From positions 62,001 through 126,000 of the forward strand of contig QPMI01000225.1 in assembly GCA_004431415.1 (NCBI GenBank): 64,000 bases of DNA. The letters are read 5' to 3'. This stretch comes from Cyanophora paradoxa CCMP329. Its lineage: Eukaryota > Plantae > Glaucophyta. Of this stretch, positions 62,417-64,000 are shown piece by piece (the stretch's first letter is position 1; every line of letters begins with the position of its first letter). A program made the position numbers and the translations under genes. The notes below the pieces were generated by a model. That model saw only the letters and a program-made list of their open reading frames with translations, searched no databases and had not been told where the DNA came from.

Positions 62417-64000
62417 CTAGGGGTGGGAGTACCAGGGGGCGTCGACGGAGAGGCCGATGTGGTCGGGGACGTGGGCGGCGAGCAGGTCGAAGGCGAGGCG
62501 CCCGAAGCAGGACGCGAAGGACCCCGCGAACGCCCCGCACCTGCGCCCCGCCCCGCCCCGCACTCAGCCCCCCCCCCCTCCCCTCTCCCACCACTCGACT
62601 ACAGCCAGCTGCAGACGGCGCTGCTCGCTCGCTCTAGCTGGAGTGCGCCCTGGTCTACATCTAGAGCTCCTGGCAGTGGCGCACGAGCGGGCGGTCCAGA
62701 GGCTCGCGAGCGTCTCGAGCGTCTCCGCGTCGCCGCGCGAGTGCTCCGGCATCCCTGCGCCTCGCGTCTGAGGCCTGGGCGGGGGCAGGGAGGGGGCGGG
62801 GTTGCGCGGGCCCTTGCGCTGGGAGCGTGGCCGGTCGTAGAGGAGGCGGAGGCCGCCCCAGGTCCCGTTCCCGTCCAGCAGCGGCCCGATCTGGCGCCAG
62901 CGGCTCGGCGAGGCCCCCGCCCGAGGCGCTTGCTCGCCCCCCTAGAGGCGGCGGGGGCGGGGCGGGGCACCTCGGGCCACAGGTCGCTGTCGGCCGAGAC
63001 GAAGACGGAGGCCGCCTGCGGGGAGGCGGGTGAGGGGGTGACGGCGCGCGGCCGGCGGGGAGGCAAGGGGCGGGGGCCGACCCCGACGGCCTCGGCGGCG
63101 TCGCGGACGGCCGAGGCGAGCACCGGCATCGGCGCCCTGCGCCACGCGAGGGAGGAGGAGGAGGATGGTGAGGGCAGGGAGGGAATGGGGAGGGCGCGGG
63201 GCCGCACCCGAAGGACCAGCGGGTGACGTGGGGCGCCCACTCGGCGCCCACCGCGCCCCGCAGCGCCGCCGCCTCGCTCGCCACCCGCTGCAGGGCGGCC
63301 AGCGCGCCGCGTCAGAGCCTTCGGAGAGAGGGCGGCGCATCATCTTGGATTGTCCAGGATGTGTGCGCCCTCTGGGGAGGAGGCTGAAGGGGGAAACGGC
63401 ACCTTGTCCGGGGAGCGGCGCGCATGCAGGGTCACGCAAGGCTCGCCGGGGCGCATGCCGAGGCGGCGCTGCGGGGCGGGGGTGGGCGGGGTGAGCGCCG
63501 CTCAGGCCTCGCCCCCGCCTCGCCGGCCTCGGTCGGACCTGGAGGGCCTCGGCGGCGCTGAGGACGCGGGGCCGCGGCCGCAGCAGGAACTTGAGCAGCT
63601 GGCCCTTGTACCACCGCAGGCCCAGCGCCCGGTACGCCTCCGGCACAGCGTTCCGGTACGCGTGCGAGGCCGTCCCCTCCCCGCCCCCCAGCGCGTCCAT
63701 GTGCGACCCCCAGTGCTGCGCGCCTCAGATCAGACCTGATCTGACCCAACCCGGGCGGATCTAGCGAGGGGGGTACGGCCACCTGGGCGACGCGGCCCTC
63801 GCCGGGTCGGCAGGAGGAGACGGGCTCGAAGAAGCACTCGAAGCCCGTCGAGCCGCACTCGTCGTTCTCCGGCCAGTACAGCCACGGCCGCGTGCTCGCA
63901 ACCTGAGGTGGGTACGGTCACTTTAGGGGGAGGGCAGAGGGAGGGGTACGGTGGGTGCACCAGCGTCCAGTTGCGCTCATGCGCGACGCGCAGCGCCACG
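62417..64000 (-). CDS. Alpha-1,6-fucosyltransferase-like (GT23/FUT8-like), 3' part
   Basis: FECFFEPVSSC, WYKGQLLKFLLRP, TLHARRSPDK, VFVSADS and CGAFAGSFASCFGRLAFDL..SVDAPWY. The 5' end lies outside the window. Confidence 0.72.

Overview
Eukaryotic nuclear DNA that is very GC-rich, gene-dense and packed with short spliceosomal introns (mostly about 50-120 nt, with many GC-AG donors, CTGAC/CTGAG-like branch sites and C-rich interiors). The style fits a glaucophyte such as Cyanophora, but that is inference only. Most long ORFs in the track are GC artefacts; the gene models below were rebuilt by hand-splicing, so exon boundaries are approximate. Genes in order: branching enzyme with a long coiled-coil tail; C2 protein with NPF/DPF motifs; ankyrin gene built from 7 tandem exon-intron cassettes; DUF1295 reductase-like; APH/homoserine-kinase-like; OLE1-type delta-9 desaturase; patatin; delta-5-type desaturase; M18 aspartyl aminopeptidase; SAM-TKL kinase; coiled-coil protein; a signal-anchored unknown; coiled-coil RING; F-box-family remnants; KCTD-like BTB; a small protein; PRRC2/BAT2-like; metacaspase-like; GT23 fucosyltransferase-like. 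A young gag-only LTR retrotransposon lies at 42103-47190, with an AGGT TSD, a tRNA-Pro-like PBS and tandem tRNA B-boxes in its LTRs. The strongest novel signal is a recurrent mutation that turns a short motif X (usually 3 nt) into X-revcomp(X)-X. It is seen directly by comparing ankyrin cassettes and the two LTRs (two indels, no substitutions), and it would explain why non-coding DNA here reads like a polylinker. Related templated copies are an intron built from an inverted copy of its own exon and a 37-bp exon segment repeated 22 kb away.
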